From Escherichia coli (lineage in GTDB: Bacteria; Pseudomonadota; Gammaproteobacteria; Enterobacterales; Enterobacteriaceae), in assembly GCF_016026235.1 (NCBI RefSeq), contig NZ_CP065613.1: 64,000 nucleotides of DNA; one strand, given 5' to 3'. Made by a program: the position numbers and the translations under genes. A model generated the notes under the pieces. That model saw only the letters and a list, made by a program, of their open reading frames with translations, was not told where the DNA came from and made no database searches. Position 1 is the first letter of the stretch. The number at the start of each line of letters is the position of its first letter. This document shows positions 12,110 through 23,444 of the stretch, piece by piece.

Positions 12110-12499
12110 ACCTCCTCCCCGGCGACCTGCCCGCGGAGTTCCACCCCGGGGCTACCGCTCCCGATACGCTGCCAATCAGTTAACACCAGGTCCTGGAGAA
12201 ACCGCTTTTGTGGTGACCAACATCCGAGCGGCTCTATAGATAGTGTAGGAGATCAGGTTGTTTTTTTTCCAGAAGGTTAACCACTATCAATATATTCATG
12301 TCGAAAATTTGTTTATCTAACGGGTAAGCAAGGCGGATTGACGGATCATCCGGGTCGCTATAAGGTAAGGATGGTCTTAACACTGAATCTTTACGGCTGG
12401 GTTAGCCCCGCGCACGTAGTTCGCAGGACGCGGGTGACGTAACGGCACAAGAAACGCTAGCTGGCCAGTCATCGACAACTTTATGGAAGGAGTAACACT

Positions 12500-12934
12500 A
12501 TGGCTTATAAACACATTCTCATCGCGGTCGATCTCTCCCCGGAAAGCAAAGTTCTGGTAGAGAAAGCAGTCTCTATGGCTCGCCCATACAATGCGAAAGT
12601 TTCTCTGATCCACGTAGATGTAAACTACTCTGACCTATACACCGGGCTTATTGATGTGAATCTGGGTGATATGCAGAAACGCATCTCTGAAGAGACACAT
12701 CATGCGCTGACCGAGCTTTCCACTAATGCAGGATACCCAATCACTGAAACCCTGAGCGGCAGCGGCGACCTGGGCCAGGTTCTGGTCGATGCAATCAAGA
12801 AATACGATATGGATCTGGTGGTTTGTGGTCACCACCAGGACTTCTGGAGCAAACTGATGTCTTCCGCACGTCAGCTGATCAACACCGTTCACGTTGATAT
12901 GCTGATTGTTCCGCTGCGCGACGAAGAAGAATAA
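12500..12934 (+). CDS. uspA: Universal stress protein A, 144 aa
   Basis: ORF track 144 aa [24 protein letters not shown]...; GGAAGGAG RBS upstream. Confidence 0.95.
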
Positions 12935-12960
12935 TCTTCCCTCCACGACGTGTTCCTGAA

Positions 12961-12989
12961 CGCCCGCATATGCGGGCGTTTTGCTTTTT
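12961..12989 (+). terminator. Rho-independent terminator after uspA
   Basis: cgcccgcatatgcgggcg hairpin + ttttgcttttt. Confidence 0.75.
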
Positions 12990-13250
12990 GGCGCGCCTTG
13001 TTACCTGATCAGCGTAAACGCCTTATCTGGCCTACGGTCTGCGTTCGCAATCAAAATCCCCAGCCAATACAATATTTAACACCATCATATTTTCCATCAT
13101 TAGTGTGATCAGCTGGTTATTTTCTGTTGTAATAGTGTATTAATCTATTCACCGCATCAATATTAAGAATCTCTGACAGATGTAAACTTTTTCGCGCGTT
13201 ATCCCTTACGCGTTCATACTTTTCAGGATGGTATTGGAAGGTTAATAAAT

Positions 13251-14720
13251 ATGAATACAACAACACCCATGGGGATGCTGCAGCAACCTCGCCCATTTTT
13301 CATGATCTTTTTTGTCGAGTTATGGGAGCGATTCGGCTACTACGGCGTGCAGGGCGTACTGGCGGTTTTCTTCGTTAAACAGCTTGGATTCTCGCAAGAG
13401 CAGGCTTTTGTCACTTTTGGTGCTTTTGCTGCGCTGGTCTATGGCCTCATTTCCATTGGCGGCTATGTCGGCGACCACCTGCTGGGGACCAAACGCACCA
13501 TTGTTCTCGGAGCACTTGTGCTGGCGATTGGCTACTTCATGACCGGCCTGTCGCTACTTAAGCCTGACCTGATTTTCATCGCCCTGGGGACTATCGCTGT
13601 CGGTAACGGCCTGTTTAAAGCTAACCCAGCCAGCTTGCTTTCGAAGTGCTATCCGCCGAAAGATCCGCGGCTTGATGGCGCATTCACCCTGTTCTATATG
13701 TCGATCAATATCGGCTCGTTGATAGCGTTATCGCTGGCCCCTGTGATCGCTGATAGATTCGGTTATTCTGTCACCTACAACCTGTGCGGGGCGGGGTTAA
13801 TTATCGCATTACTGGTTTACATCGCCTGTCGTGGAATGGTGAAAGACATTGGTTCTGAACCCGACTTCCGGCCGATGAGCTTCAGCAAACTGTTGTACGT
13901 GTTACTTGGCAGCGTGGTGATGATCTTCGTCTGTGCATGGCTGATGCACAACGTAGAAGTCGCCAATCTGGTGCTGATTGTTCTCTCCATCGTCGTCACC
14001 ATCATCTTCTTTCGTCAGGCATTCAAGCTGGATAAAACTGGGCGCAATAAAATGTTTGTTGCCTTTGTCCTGATGCTCGAAGCGGTGGTGTTTTACATTC
14101 TCTACGCCCAGATGCCAACGTCGCTGAACTTCTTTGCCATCAACAACGTGCATCATGAAATTCTCGGCTTTTCCATCAACCCGGTCAGCTTCCAGGCGCT
14201 TAACCCGTTCTGGGTGGTACTCGCCAGCCCAATACTGGCAGGCATTTACACGCATCTGGGTAACAAAGGCAAAGACCTCTCGATGCCGATGAAATTTACT
14301 CTCGGCATGTTTATGTGCTCACTGGGCTTTTTGACGGCGGCAGCTGCGGGAATGTGGTTTGCTGATGCACAAGGGCTGACATCGCCATGGTTTATCGTGC
14401 TGGTGTACTTATTCCAGAGCCTGGGTGAACTGTTTATTAGCGCCCTTGGCCTGGCGATGATTGCTGCTCTGGTGCCGCAGCATTTGATGGGCTTTATTCT
14501 CGGGATGTGGTTCCTGACGCAGGCTGCCGCGTTCTTGCTGGGCGGCTATGTGGCAACATTTACCGCGGTGCCGGACAACATTACCGATCCGCTTGAGACG
14601 TTGCCCGTCTATACCAACGTGTTTGGTAAGATTGGTCTGGTCACGCTGGGCGTTGCAGTAGTGATGCTGTTGATGGTGCCGTGGCTGAAACGCATGATTG
14701 CGACGCCGGAAAGCCATTAA
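13251..14720 (+). CDS. dtpB: Proton-dependent oligopeptide transporter (POT family) DtpB, 489 aa
   Basis: ORF track 489 aa; POT signature region ...[28 protein letters not shown]...; position between uspA and rsmJ. Confidence 0.9.
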   Translation: MNTTTPMGMLQQPRPFFMIFFVELWERFGYYGVQGVLAVFFVKQLGFSQEQAFVTFGAFAALVYGLISIGGYVGDHLLGTKRTIVLGALVLAIGYFMTGLSLLKPDLIFIALGTIAVGNGLFKANPASLLSKCYPPKDPRLDGAFTLFYMSINIGSLIALSLAPVIADRFGYSVTYNLCGAGLIIALLVYIACRGMVKDIGSEPDFRPMSFSKLLYVLLGSVVMIFVCAWLMHNVEVANLVLIVLSIVVTIIFFRQAFKLDKTGRNKMFVAFVLMLEAVVFYILYAQMPTSLNFFAINNVHHEILGFSINPVSFQALNPFWVVLASPILAGIYTHLGNKGKDLSMPMKFTLGMFMCSLGFLTAAAAGMWFADAQGLTSPWFIVLVYLFQSLGELFISALGLAMIAALVPQHLMGFILGMWFLTQAAAFLLGGYVATFTAVPDNITDPLETLPVYTNVFGKIGLVTLGVAVVMLLMVPWLKRMIATPESH

Positions 14721-14732
14721 TTATTCTTGCAG

Positions 14733-14770
14733 AAAGCAGGGTAGCGTTATCGCTACCCTGCTTTACTTTT
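14733..14770. terminator. Bidirectional hairpin terminator between convergent dtpB and rsmJ
   Basis: aaagcagggtagcgttatcgctaccctgcttt followed by T-rich run. Confidence 0.7.
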
Positions 14771-15521
14771 ACACTGGCGTACCTGCATAGATATCAAAGC
14801 GATGCCCTTTAGTCACAACCGCGTTTGGCGTGGCGACATTCGCTAGCGGTGGCGCGTAGTCCGGGCGCTTTACCACCACGCGTTTAGTCGCCAGCAGCCG
14901 CGCAGGCTCCAGCAACCCATCCGCGTCGAGATCCGGCCCCACCAGCGACTGAAAGACACGCATCTCTTTTTTCACCAGCGCGCTTTTCTGCTTATGCGGG
15001 AACATCGGATCGAGATAGACCACCTGCGGGCGTGGGGTAATATCGGTTAGCGCCGTCAGGCTGGAGGCGTGAATTAACTGCAACCGCTCCTGCAACCAGC
15101 CGCCGATTTCCCCATCCGCATAACCACGCGCCAGGCCGTCGTCGAGCAATGCGGCAACGACTGGATTACGCTCCAGCATCCGCACGCGGCAGCCGACTGA
15201 AGCCAGCACAAAGGCATCGCGCCCCAGCCCTGCGGTGGCATCCACCACATCCGGCAAATAATCGCCTTTAATGCCCACCGCTTTCGCCACCGCCTCACCG
15301 CGACCACCGCCGAATTTGCGTCGGTGCGCCATCGCTCCGCCAACAAAATCAACAAAGATGCCGCCAAGTTTTGGCTCATCACGCTTGCGCAATTCCAGAT
15401 GTTCCGGCGTTAACACCAGCGCCATCAGGTTGTCTTCATCGTGCTCCAGCCCCCAGCGGGCCGCCAGAACAGATAAGGCACCGTCTCCGGTGCCTGTTTC
15501 ATCAATTAAGCAGATTTTCAC
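14769..15521 (-). CDS. rsmJ: 16S rRNA m2G1516 methyltransferase RsmJ, 250 aa, GTG start
   Basis: Track ORF extends to an upstream ATG (285 aa) overlapping prlC; conserved product starts (V/M)[15 protein letters not shown] at GTG 15521, 8 nt after prlC stop. Confidence 0.85.
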   Translation of the reverse strand: MKICLIDETGTGDGALSVLAARWGLEHDEDNLMALVLTPEHLELRKRDEPKLGGIFVDFVGGAMAHRRKFGGGRGEAVAKAVGIKGDYLPDVVDATAGLGRDAFVLASVGCRVRMLERNPVVAALLDDGLARGYADGEIGGWLQERLQLIHASSLTALTDITPRPQVVYLDPMFPHKQKSALVKKEMRVFQSLVGPDLDADGLLEPARLLATKRVVVKRPDYAPPLANVATPNAVVTKGHRFDIYAGTPV

Positions 15522-15528
15522 TGAATGA

Positions 15529-17571
15529 TCAGCCCTTAATGCCGTAATGCTCCAGCATCGCATCCAGTTGCGGTTCACGACCACGGAAGCGTTTGAACAG
15601 AGCCATCGGCTCTTCTGAACCGCCACGGCTCAGAATGTTGTCGAGGAACGACTGCCCGGTTTCACGGTTGAAAATGCCCTCTTCCTCAAAGCGCGAGAAA
15701 GCATCTGCCGCCAGTACGTCAGCCCACAGGTAGCTGTAGTAACCTGCGGCATAACCACCGGCGAAAATATGGCTGAAAGCGTGCGGGAAACGGCCCCAGG
15801 ATGGAGAGGGTACTACGGCAACCAGTTTCTTGATTTCTGCCAGAGTTTCGAGGATTTTCGCTCCCTGATCCGGGCGGAACTCGGCATGGAGGCGGAAATC
15901 GAACAGGCCGAACTCCAGCTGGCGCAGAATAAACAGCGCCGCCTGGTAGTTCTTCGCCGCCAGCATTTTATCCAGCAGCTCCTTCGGCAGCGGTTCGCCG
16001 GTTTCATAGTGACCGGAGATAAACGCCAGCGCCTCAGGCTCCCAGCACCAGTTTTCCATAAACTGGCTCGGCAGTTCGACCGCATCCCACGGCACCCCGC
16101 TGATACCAGACACACCAGCGGTTTCGATGCGGGTCAGCATATGGTGCAGACCATGACCGAACTCGTGGAACAGGGTGATCACTTCGTCATGGGTAAACAG
16201 CGCCGGTTTACCATTCACCGGGCGGTTGAAGTTACAGGTCAGATACGCGACCGGTTTTTGCAGCGAACCGTCGGCTTTACGCATCTGGCCTACGCAGTCA
16301 TCCATCCACGCCCCGCCGCGCTTGTTTTCACGGGCATACAGGTCGAGGTAGAAGCTACCACGCAGTTCGTTGTTCTCGTCATACAGTTCGAAGAAACGTA
16401 CATCCGGATGCCAGACATCAACATCTTTACGCTCTTTAGCGGTGATGCCGTAAATACGTTTCACCACTTCAAACAGGCCGTTAACCGCTTTGTTTTCCGG
16501 GAAGTACGGACGCAGCTGTTCGTCACTGATGCTGTAGAGGTGCTGTTTTTGTTTTTCGCTGTAGTACGCGATATCCCACGGCTGCAACTCATCCACGCCA
16601 AATTCGGCTTTAGCGAAGGCGCGCAGTTGTGCCAGCTCTTTTTCGCCTTGCGGACGCGCGCGTTTTGCCAGATCGGTTAAGAAATCCAGCACCTGCTGCG
16701 GGTTTTCTGCCATTTTAGTGGCAAGTGATTTGAAGGCGTAGTTTTCAAAGCCCAGCAGTTGCGCCAGTTCGTGACGCAGCGCGAGGATCTCTTCCATCAC
16801 CTTGCTGTTGTCCCACTTACCGGCGTTCGGGCCTTGATCGGAGGCGCGGGTGCTGTAAGCGCGATACATCTCTTCACGCAGAGCCTGGTTGTCGCAGTCG
16901 GTCATTACCGGCAGGTAGCTTGGGATATCCAGCGTCAGCAAATAACCTTCCAGCTCTTTCGCTTCGGCCTGGGCTTTTGCCGCAGCCAGCGCGCTTTCTG
17001 GCATCCCCGCCAGCTCCGCTTCGTCGGTCACGAGTTTGGTCCAGCCCATCGTCGCATCGAGAACGTTGTTGCTGTACTGATTGCCCAGTTCAGAAAGACG
17101 GGTAGCAATTTCGCCGTAACGCTGCTGTTTCTCTTTCGGCAGACCGATGCCAGAGAGTTCAAAGTCGCGCAGTGCGTTATCAACCGCTTTTTTCTGAGCT
17201 GTGTTCAGCGTGGCGTAATGATCGCCATCGCGCAGGTCGCGATACGCTTTATACAGCCCTTCATGTTGCCCTACCCAGGTGCTGTATTCCGACAGCAGCG
17301 GCAGGGTTTGTTCGTACGCTTCACGCAGTTCCGGGCTATTTTTCACCGAGTTCAGGTGGCTGACCGGGGAGAAAATACGCCCCAGCACATCGTCCACTTC
17401 CGCCAACGGCTGGCAGAGATTTTCCCAGGTGTACGGTGCCCCTTGCGCTACTACGCGCTCCACATTTTCGCGGCAGTCGTTCAGCGCCTTAGTCACGGCT
17501 GGAACGACATGTTCCGGGAGAATTTTAGAAAACGGAGGCAATTCAAAGGGAGTCAGTAACGGATTCGTCAT
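15529..17571 (-). CDS. prlC: Oligopeptidase A (M3 zinc metallopeptidase), 680 aa
   Basis: Track ORF (693 aa) trimmed to [14 protein letters not shown]... start; HEFGHGLHH zinc-binding HExxH motif. Confidence 0.92.
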   Translation of the reverse strand: MTNPLLTPFELPPFSKILPEHVVPAVTKALNDCRENVERVVAQGAPYTWENLCQPLAEVDDVLGRIFSPVSHLNSVKNSPELREAYEQTLPLLSEYSTWVGQHEGLYKAYRDLRDGDHYATLNTAQKKAVDNALRDFELSGIGLPKEKQQRYGEIATRLSELGNQYSNNVLDATMGWTKLVTDEAELAGMPESALAAAKAQAEAKELEGYLLTLDIPSYLPVMTDCDNQALREEMYRAYSTRASDQGPNAGKWDNSKVMEEILALRHELAQLLGFENYAFKSLATKMAENPQQVLDFLTDLAKRARPQGEKELAQLRAFAKAEFGVDELQPWDIAYYSEKQKQHLYSISDEQLRPYFPENKAVNGLFEVVKRIYGITAKERKDVDVWHPDVRFFELYDENNELRGSFYLDLYARENKRGGAWMDDCVGQMRKADGSLQKPVAYLTCNFNRPVNGKPALFTHDEVITLFHEFGHGLHHMLTRIETAGVSGISGVPWDAVELPSQFMENWCWEPEALAFISGHYETGEPLPKELLDKMLAAKNYQAALFILRQLEFGLFDFRLHAEFRPDQGAKILETLAEIKKLVAVVPSPSWGRFPHAFSHIFAGGYAAGYYSYLWADVLAADAFSRFEEEGIFNRETGQSFLDNILSRGGSEEPMALFKRFRGREPQLDAMLEHYGIKG

Positions 17572-17773
17572 TAGCGCAGTCCTGGTTAAAGAGGTTAAGG
17601 AAGCGCTCAACAGGCGCTTTACATAATGTGTGTAGCATGGGGTTAAGTGTAGTGAATTTCAATGAGAAACGTTACGCTTTCGCGGCGGCGGCCTCTTTTC
17701 GGTATACTGTCCTGATAGGCTTTTGTGCGCCCCGAATACGGGCCGATTTTTACTTACCGGAACACCTTTACCC

Positions 17774-18616
17774 ATGCTCAGTTATCGCCACAGCTTTCAC
17801 GCTGGCAACCACGCCGACGTCCTTAAACATACCGTTCAGAGCCTGATCATCGAGTCGCTGAAAGAGAAAGATAAACCGTTTCTCTATCTCGACACCCACG
17901 CAGGGGCCGGGCGTTATCAGTTAGGCAGCGAACATGCCGAGCGTACCGGCGAATATCTCGAAGGTATCGCCCGTATCTGGCAGCAGGACGATTTGCCTGC
18001 GGAGCTGGAGGCGTACATCAATGTGGTAAAACACTTTAACCGTAGCGGTCAGTTGCGTTACTACCCCGGTTCACCGTTGATTGCCCGTCAGTTACTGCGT
18101 GAACAGGACAGCCTGCAACTGACCGAACTGCACCCGAGCGATTACCCGTTGCTACGTTCTGAATTTCAGAAAGACAGCCGTGCGCGCGTCGAAAAATCCG
18201 ACGGTTTCCAGCAGCTTAAGGCCAAACTGCCGCCGGTTTCTCGCCGTGGTTTAATCCTTATCGATCCGCCGTATGAAATGAAAACCGACTATCAGGCGGT
18301 AGTCAGCGGGATAGCAGAAGGTTACAAACGTTTTGCCACGGGCACTTACGCATTGTGGTATCCGGTGGTGCTGCGTCAGCAAATCAAGCGCATGATCCAC
18401 GACCTGGAAGCGACCGGTATTCGCAAAATTCTGCAAATTGAACTGGCGGTACTGCCAGACAGCGATCGCCGTGGCATGACCGCTTCCGGCATGATTGTGA
18501 TTAACCCGCCGTGGAAACTGGAACAGCAGATGAATAACGTGCTGCCGTGGCTGCACAGCAAACTGGTTCCAGCTGGCACCGGGCACGCCACCGTAAGCTG
18601 GATCGTGCCAGAGTAA
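17774..18616 (+). CDS. rlmJ: 23S rRNA m6A2030 methyltransferase RlmJ, 280 aa
   Basis: Track ORF trimmed to MLSYRHSFHAGNHADVLKH...; LILIDPPYE methyltransferase motif. Confidence 0.9.
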   Translation: MLSYRHSFHAGNHADVLKHTVQSLIIESLKEKDKPFLYLDTHAGAGRYQLGSEHAERTGEYLEGIARIWQQDDLPAELEAYINVVKHFNRSGQLRYYPGSPLIARQLLREQDSLQLTELHPSDYPLLRSEFQKDSRARVEKSDGFQQLKAKLPPVSRRGLILIDPPYEMKTDYQAVVSGIAEGYKRFATGTYALWYPVVLRQQIKRMIHDLEATGIRKILQIELAVLPDSDRRGMTASGMIVINPPWKLEQQMNNVLPWLHSKLVPAGTGHATVSWIVPE

Positions 18617-18687
18617 TTGCAGCCATTGCTGGCACCTATTACGTCTCGCGCTACAATCGCGGTAATCAACGATAAGGACACTCTGTC

Positions 18688-20040
18688 ATGACTAAACACT
18701 ATGATTACATCGCCATCGGCGGCGGCAGCGGCGGTATCGCCTCCATCAACCGCGCGGCTATGTACGGCCAGAAATGCGCACTGATTGAAGCCAAAGAGCT
18801 GGGCGGCACCTGCGTAAATGTTGGCTGTGTGCCGAAAAAAGTGATGTGGCACGCGGCGCAAATCCGTGAAGCGATCCATATGTACGGCCCGGATTATGGT
18901 TTTGATACCACTATCAATAAATTCAACTGGGAAACGTTGATCGCCAGCCGTACCGCCTATATCGACCGTATTCATACTTCCTATGAAAACGTGCTCGGTA
19001 AAAATAACGTTGATGTAATCAAAGGCTTTGCCCGCTTCGTTGATGCCAAAACGCTGGAGGTAAACGGCGAAACCATCACGGCCGATCATATTCTGATCGC
19101 CACAGGCGGTCGTCCGAGCCACCCGGATATTCCGGGCGTGGAATACGGTATTGATTCTGATGGCTTCTTCGCCCTTCCTGCTTTGCCAGAGCGCGTGGCG
19201 GTTGTTGGCGCGGGTTACATCGCCGTTGAACTGGCGGGCGTGATTAACGGCCTCGGCGCGAAAACGCATCTGTTTGTGCGTAAACATGCGCCGCTGCGCA
19301 GCTTCGACCCGATGATCTCTGAAACGCTGGTTGAAGTGATGAACGCCGAAGGCCCGCAGTTGCACACCAACGCCATCCCGAAAGCGGTAGTGAAAAATGC
19401 CGATGGTAGCCTGACGCTGGAGCTGGAAGATGGTCGCAGTGAAACGGTGGATTGCCTGATTTGGGCGATTGGTCGCGAGCCTGCCAATGACAACATCAAC
19501 CTGGAAGCAGCTGGCGTTAAAACTAACGAAAAAGGCTATATCGTCGTCGATAAATATCAAAACACCAACATTGAAGGTATTTACGCGGTGGGCGATAACA
19601 CGGGTGCAGTAGAACTGACACCGGTGGCAGTTGCAGCGGGTCGCCGCCTCTCTGAACGCCTATTTAATAACAAGCCGGATGAGCATCTGGATTACAGCAA
19701 CATTCCGACCGTGGTCTTCAGCCATCCGCCGATTGGTACTGTTGGTTTAACGGAACCGCAGGCGCGCGAGCAGTACGGCGACGATCAGGTGAAAGTGTAT
19801 AAATCCTCTTTCACCGCGATGTATACCGCCGTCACCACTCACCGCCAGCCGTGCCGCATGAAGCTGGTATGCGTTGGACCGGAAGAGAAGATTGTCGGTA
19901 TTCACGGCATTGGCTTTGGTATGGACGAAATGTTGCAGGGCTTCGCGGTGGCACTGAAGATGGGCGCAACCAAAAAAGACTTCGACAACACGGTTGCCAT
20001 TCACCCAACGGCGGCAGAAGAGTTCGTGACAATGCGTTAA
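18688..20040 (+). CDS. gor: Glutathione reductase, 450 aa
   Basis: ORF track 450 aa; GGGSGG FAD motif and redox-active [13 protein letters not shown] disulfide motif. Confidence 0.95.
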   Translation: MTKHYDYIAIGGGSGGIASINRAAMYGQKCALIEAKELGGTCVNVGCVPKKVMWHAAQIREAIHMYGPDYGFDTTINKFNWETLIASRTAYIDRIHTSYENVLGKNNVDVIKGFARFVDAKTLEVNGETITADHILIATGGRPSHPDIPGVEYGIDSDGFFALPALPERVAVVGAGYIAVELAGVINGLGAKTHLFVRKHAPLRSFDPMISETLVEVMNAEGPQLHTNAIPKAVVKNADGSLTLELEDGRSETVDCLIWAIGREPANDNINLEAAGVKTNEKGYIVVDKYQNTNIEGIYAVGDNTGAVELTPVAVAAGRRLSERLFNNKPDEHLDYSNIPTVVFSHPPIGTVGLTEPQAREQYGDDQVKVYKSSFTAMYTAVTTHRQPCRMKLVCVGPEEKIVGIHGIGFGMDEMLQGFAVALKMGATKKDFDNTVAIHPTAAEEFVTMR

Positions 20041-20045
20041 ATGTT

Positions 20046-20077
20046 AAAGGGCAAAGAGTGGTGTGCTCTTTGCCCTT
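20046..20077 (+). terminator. Rho-independent terminator after gor
   Basis: aagggcaaagagtggtgtgctctttgccctt. Confidence 0.7.
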
Positions 20078-20093
20078 AATTACGTTTCCGCTA

Positions 20094-20177
20094 TCAGTTC
20101 AGAAGCTGAAGCAGAAAGCGGATCAGTTCCAGCAGCGCAATTAACGCCCCAAGAACGATGATTGCTTTATCAATCAC
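20094..20177 (-). CDS. dinQ: DinQ small membrane toxin peptide (27 aa, type I toxin), GTG start
   Basis: Manual reverse-complement translation gives (M)IDKAIIVLGALIALLELIRFLLQLLN*; too short for the ORF track. Confidence 0.7.
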   Translation of the reverse strand: MIDKAIIVLGALIALLELIRFLLQLLN

Positions 20178-20249
20178 CCGTGTTCTCCATACGATGGAGT
20201 GAGAATGCATCCGCTTACTCATCCATTGCCTGTCACGGCGCATGCCCTA

Positions 20250-20335
20250 TTGTTAGATAATGGCATTCTCACTCCGGCCAGAGCATCAGTTAACGGCACC
20301 ACCCGTACCACTGATCAGGACTTTGAAAGCGTTTA
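20250..20335 (+). ncRNA. agrA: AgrA-like small RNA (first copy of agr repeat); boundaries approximate
   Basis: Repeat gttagataatggcattctcactccggccagagc (20252-20284) is complementary to dinQ 5' region gatggagtgagaatgcat (20193-20210). Confidence 0.45.
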
Positions 20336-20459
20336 TGCGCATTGCCAGAGTGAAAATGCCTCAGAGCCAACTGGATAATCATACAGTATATTCAGGTTAT
20401 AAAACCAGCATGTCCTTGCAATAGTTTCAGTATGGTATTAGCATTGATGCGTTAGATGA

Positions 20460-20545
20460 TGGCATTCTCACTCCAGCCAGAGCCACCAACTCAGGTCTGG
20501 AAAGTAAAAAACCGACGCAAAGTCGGTTTTTTTACGTCCTGATTC
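20460..20545 (+). ncRNA. agrB: AgrB-like antisense small RNA (second copy of agr repeat) ending in intrinsic terminator; boundaries approximate
   Basis: Second repeat gttagatgatggcattctcactccagccagagc (20462-20494) followed by aaaaaaccgacgcaaagtcggttttttt terminator (20516-20545). Confidence 0.5.
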
Positions 20546-20684
20546 AGACCTCCTTTCAAATGAATGCCCAACGCTTAATTCACACCTATACCTTTCTCTA
20601 CACTTACATATTCGTTAAGTCATATATGTTTTTGACTTGTCCGCTTCAAAGAGAGACACTACCTGCAACAATCAGGAGCGCAAT

Positions 20685-21038
20685 ATGTCATTTCTGTTAC
20701 CCATCCAATTGTTCAAAATTCTTGCTGATGAAACCCGTCTGGGCATCGTTTTACTGCTCAGCGAACTGGGAGAGTTATGCGTCTGCGATCTCTGCACTGC
20801 CCTCGCTCAGTCGCAGCCCAAGATATCCCGCCATCTGGCGCTACTTCGTGAAAGCGGGCTATTGCTGGACCGCAAGCAGGGAAAGTGGGTTCATTACCGC
20901 TTATCGCCGCATATTCCAGCATGGGCGGCGAAAATTATTGATGAGGCCTGGCGATGTGAACAGGAAAAGGTTCAGGCGATTGTCCGCAACCTGGCCCGAC
21001 AAAACTGTTCCGCAGACAGTAAGAACATTTGTAGTTAA
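20685..21038 (+). CDS. arsR: Arsenical resistance operon repressor ArsR, 117 aa
   Basis: Track ORF trimmed to ATG 20685 preceded by CAGGAG; HTH and metal-binding ELCVCDLC motif. Confidence 0.92.
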   Translation: MSFLLPIQLFKILADETRLGIVLLLSELGELCVCDLCTALAQSQPKISRHLALLRESGLLLDRKQGKWVHYRLSPHIPAWAAKIIDEAWRCEQEKVQAIVRNLARQNCSADSKNICS

Positions 21039-21092
21039 AAAATTTAGCTAAACACATATGGATTTTCAGATGTGTTTTATCCGGGAGGCATT

Positions 21093-22382
21093 ATGTTACT
21101 GGCAGGCGCTATCTTTGTCCTGACCATTGTATTGGTTATCTGGCAGCCGAAAGGTTTAGGCATCGGCTGGAGTGCAACGCTCGGCGCGGTACTGGCGTTA
21201 GTTACGGGCGTAGTACATCCGGGCGATATTCCGGTGGTGTGGAATATCGTCTGGAACGCGACGGCTGCGTTTATTGCCGTCATTATCATCAGCCTGCTGC
21301 TGGATGAGTCCGGCTTTTTTGAATGGGCAGCGCTGCACGTTTCACGCTGGGGCAATGGACGCGGTCGCTTGCTGTTTACCTGGATTGTCCTGCTCGGTGC
21401 CGCCGTTGCGGCCCTGTTTGCCAATGATGGCGCGGCGCTTATTTTGACGCCGATTGTCATCGCCATGCTGCTGGCTTTAGGATTCAGTAAAGGCACGACG
21501 CTTGCGTTCGTGATGGCGGCCGGATTCATTGCCGATACCGCCAGCCTGCCGCTTATTGTCTCCAACCTGGTGAATATCGTTTCCGCTGATTTCTTTGGTC
21601 TTGGCTTTCGCGAATATGCCTCGGTGATGGTGCCGGTGGATATCGCCGCAATTGTTGCCACGCTGGTGATGCTGCATCTCTATTTCCGCAAAGATATTCC
21701 GCAGAACTACGACATGGCGCTGCTGAAATCTCCCGCAGAAGCGATCAAAGATCCTGCTACGTTCAAAACTGGCTGGGTTGTTTTACTGCTTCTGTTGGTG
21801 GGATTTTTCGTCCTGGAACCGCTCGGCATTCCGGTGAGCGCCATTGCAGCTGTGGGCGCGCTGATTTTGTTTGTCGTCGCTAAACGCGGTCATGCGATTA
21901 ATACGGGTAAAGTCCTGCGCGGTGCACCCTGGCAGATTGTCATCTTCTCGCTCGGCATGTATCTGGTGGTTTATGGCCTGCGCAATGCCGGATTAACGGA
22001 ATATCTTTCTGGCGTACTCAACGTGCTGGCGGATAACGGCCTGTGGGCCGCGACGCTCGGCACCGGATTCCTCACCGCCTTCCTCTCTTCTATTATGAAC
22101 AATATGCCGACGGTACTGGTTGGCGCGTTGTCCATTGATGGCAGCACGGCATCTGGCGTTATCAAAGAAGCGATGGTTTATGCCAACGTGATTGGCTGCG
22201 ATTTGGGGCCGAAAATCACCCCGATTGGTAGCCTGGCAACGCTGCTCTGGCTGCACGTACTTTCGCAGAAGAATATGACTATCAGCTGGGGATATTACTT
22301 CCGTACAGGGATTATCATGACCCTGCCTGTGCTGTTTGTGACGCTGGCTGCGCTGGCGCTACGTCTCTCTTTCACTTTGTAA
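21093..22382 (+). CDS. arsB: Arsenite efflux pump ArsB, 429 aa
   Basis: Track ORF trimmed to [23 protein letters not shown]...; GGGAGG RBS; polytopic membrane protein. Confidence 0.92.
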
Positions 22383-22394
22383 TGAGATACTGAT

Positions 22395-22820
22395 ATGAGC
22401 AACATTACCATTTATCACAACCCGGCCTGTGGCACGTCGCGTAATACGCTGGAGATGATCCGCAACAGCGGTACAGAACCGACCATTATCTATTATCTGG
22501 AAACCCCACCGACGCGCGATCAACTGGTCAAACTTATTGCCGATATGGGGATTACCGTACGCGCGCTGCTGCGTAAAAACGTCGAGCCGTATGAGGAACT
22601 GGGCCTTGCAGAAGATAAATTTACTGACGATCGGTTAATTGATTTTATGCTGCAACATCCTATCCTGATTAACCGTCCGATTGTGGTGACGCCGCTGGGA
22701 ACTCGCCTATGCCGCCCCTCGGAAGTGGTGCTGGAAATTCTGCCAGATGCGCAAAAAGGCGCGTTCTCCAAGGAAGATGGCGAGAAAGTGGTTGATGAAG
22801 CGGGTAAGCGGTTGAAATAA
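22395..22820 (+). CDS. arsC: Arsenate reductase ArsC (glutaredoxin-coupled), 141 aa
   Basis: ORF track 141 aa; MSNITIYHNPACGTSRNTL with catalytic Cys in the HNPxCGTSR motif. Confidence 0.95.
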   Translation: MSNITIYHNPACGTSRNTLEMIRNSGTEPTIIYYLETPPTRDQLVKLIADMGITVRALLRKNVEPYEELGLAEDKFTDDRLIDFMLQHPILINRPIVVTPLGTRLCRPSEVVLEILPDAQKGAFSKEDGEKVVDEAGKRLK

Positions 22821-22849
22821 AGCGGCGATATCCACTGCCGATAGTTGGT

Positions 22850-22985
22850 AAAGTGCGCTTTGTTTATGTCGGATGCGACGCTAACGCGTCTTATCCGATC
22901 TACAAAGTCATGAAAATTCAATAAATTGTATGTTATTTGTAGGCCTGACAGGCGTAGCGCATCAGGCGATTTTGCTATTTACACA
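22850..22985. repeat. REP (repetitive extragenic palindromic) element cluster downstream of arsC
   Basis: Imperfect palindromic units gtcggatgcgacgctaacgcgtcttatccgatctac and gtaggcctgacaggcgtagcgcatcaggcg. Confidence 0.6.
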
Positions 22986-23444
22986 TTACTCCCTGCGTGA
23001 GATTCCAATTATCGCGTCCAGCATGGTGTATCAGTGAGCTGCTTAGTTATCAGCGATACAGTGCAGCAGTTTAAAGACGTACTGGATTATGATTTATCAG
23101 TGCTTTACACAACAAATTATTCAATAATTATAAGATACCTTAACCCATTTTATTATTACACATCTAAAACATCACAAAAATATCATTTCACACACTATCG
23201 GAGAACATCATAACTTTTTAAAATGAGCGCTTTTTGATAGTTGTTAACGTTTTCCTTTACGATACTATCAATGCCCTTTTTTATACACAAATATTACCGG
23301 GTGGAGATAAAAGGGAAGTCAAAGGTAATTATATCAGGAAGATATGACGCATGATATTTATTGTGCGTAGAAGAAAATCCATTCCTGCTCTAATTATCCA
23401 ATTTAAAAATCTTAGCATAAAACAGATGATGAATAAGGAATGTT

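Noticed and set aside
15769..17559. 303-aa and 266-aa plus-strand ORFs
   Set aside because: Both lie antisense within prlC, which has a clear HEFGH zinc-peptidase motif; no RBS or motifs of their own.
18376..19560. 394-aa minus-strand ORF
   Set aside because: Antisense to gor (FAD and redox-disulfide motifs present on the plus strand); typical long antisense ORF in a GC-rich gene.
22921..23444. Possible IS5 or other insertion sequence near yhiS (as in K-12)
   Set aside because: No transposase ORF or terminal inverted repeats; yhiS reads through as a single ORF, so the K-12 IS5 is absent here.
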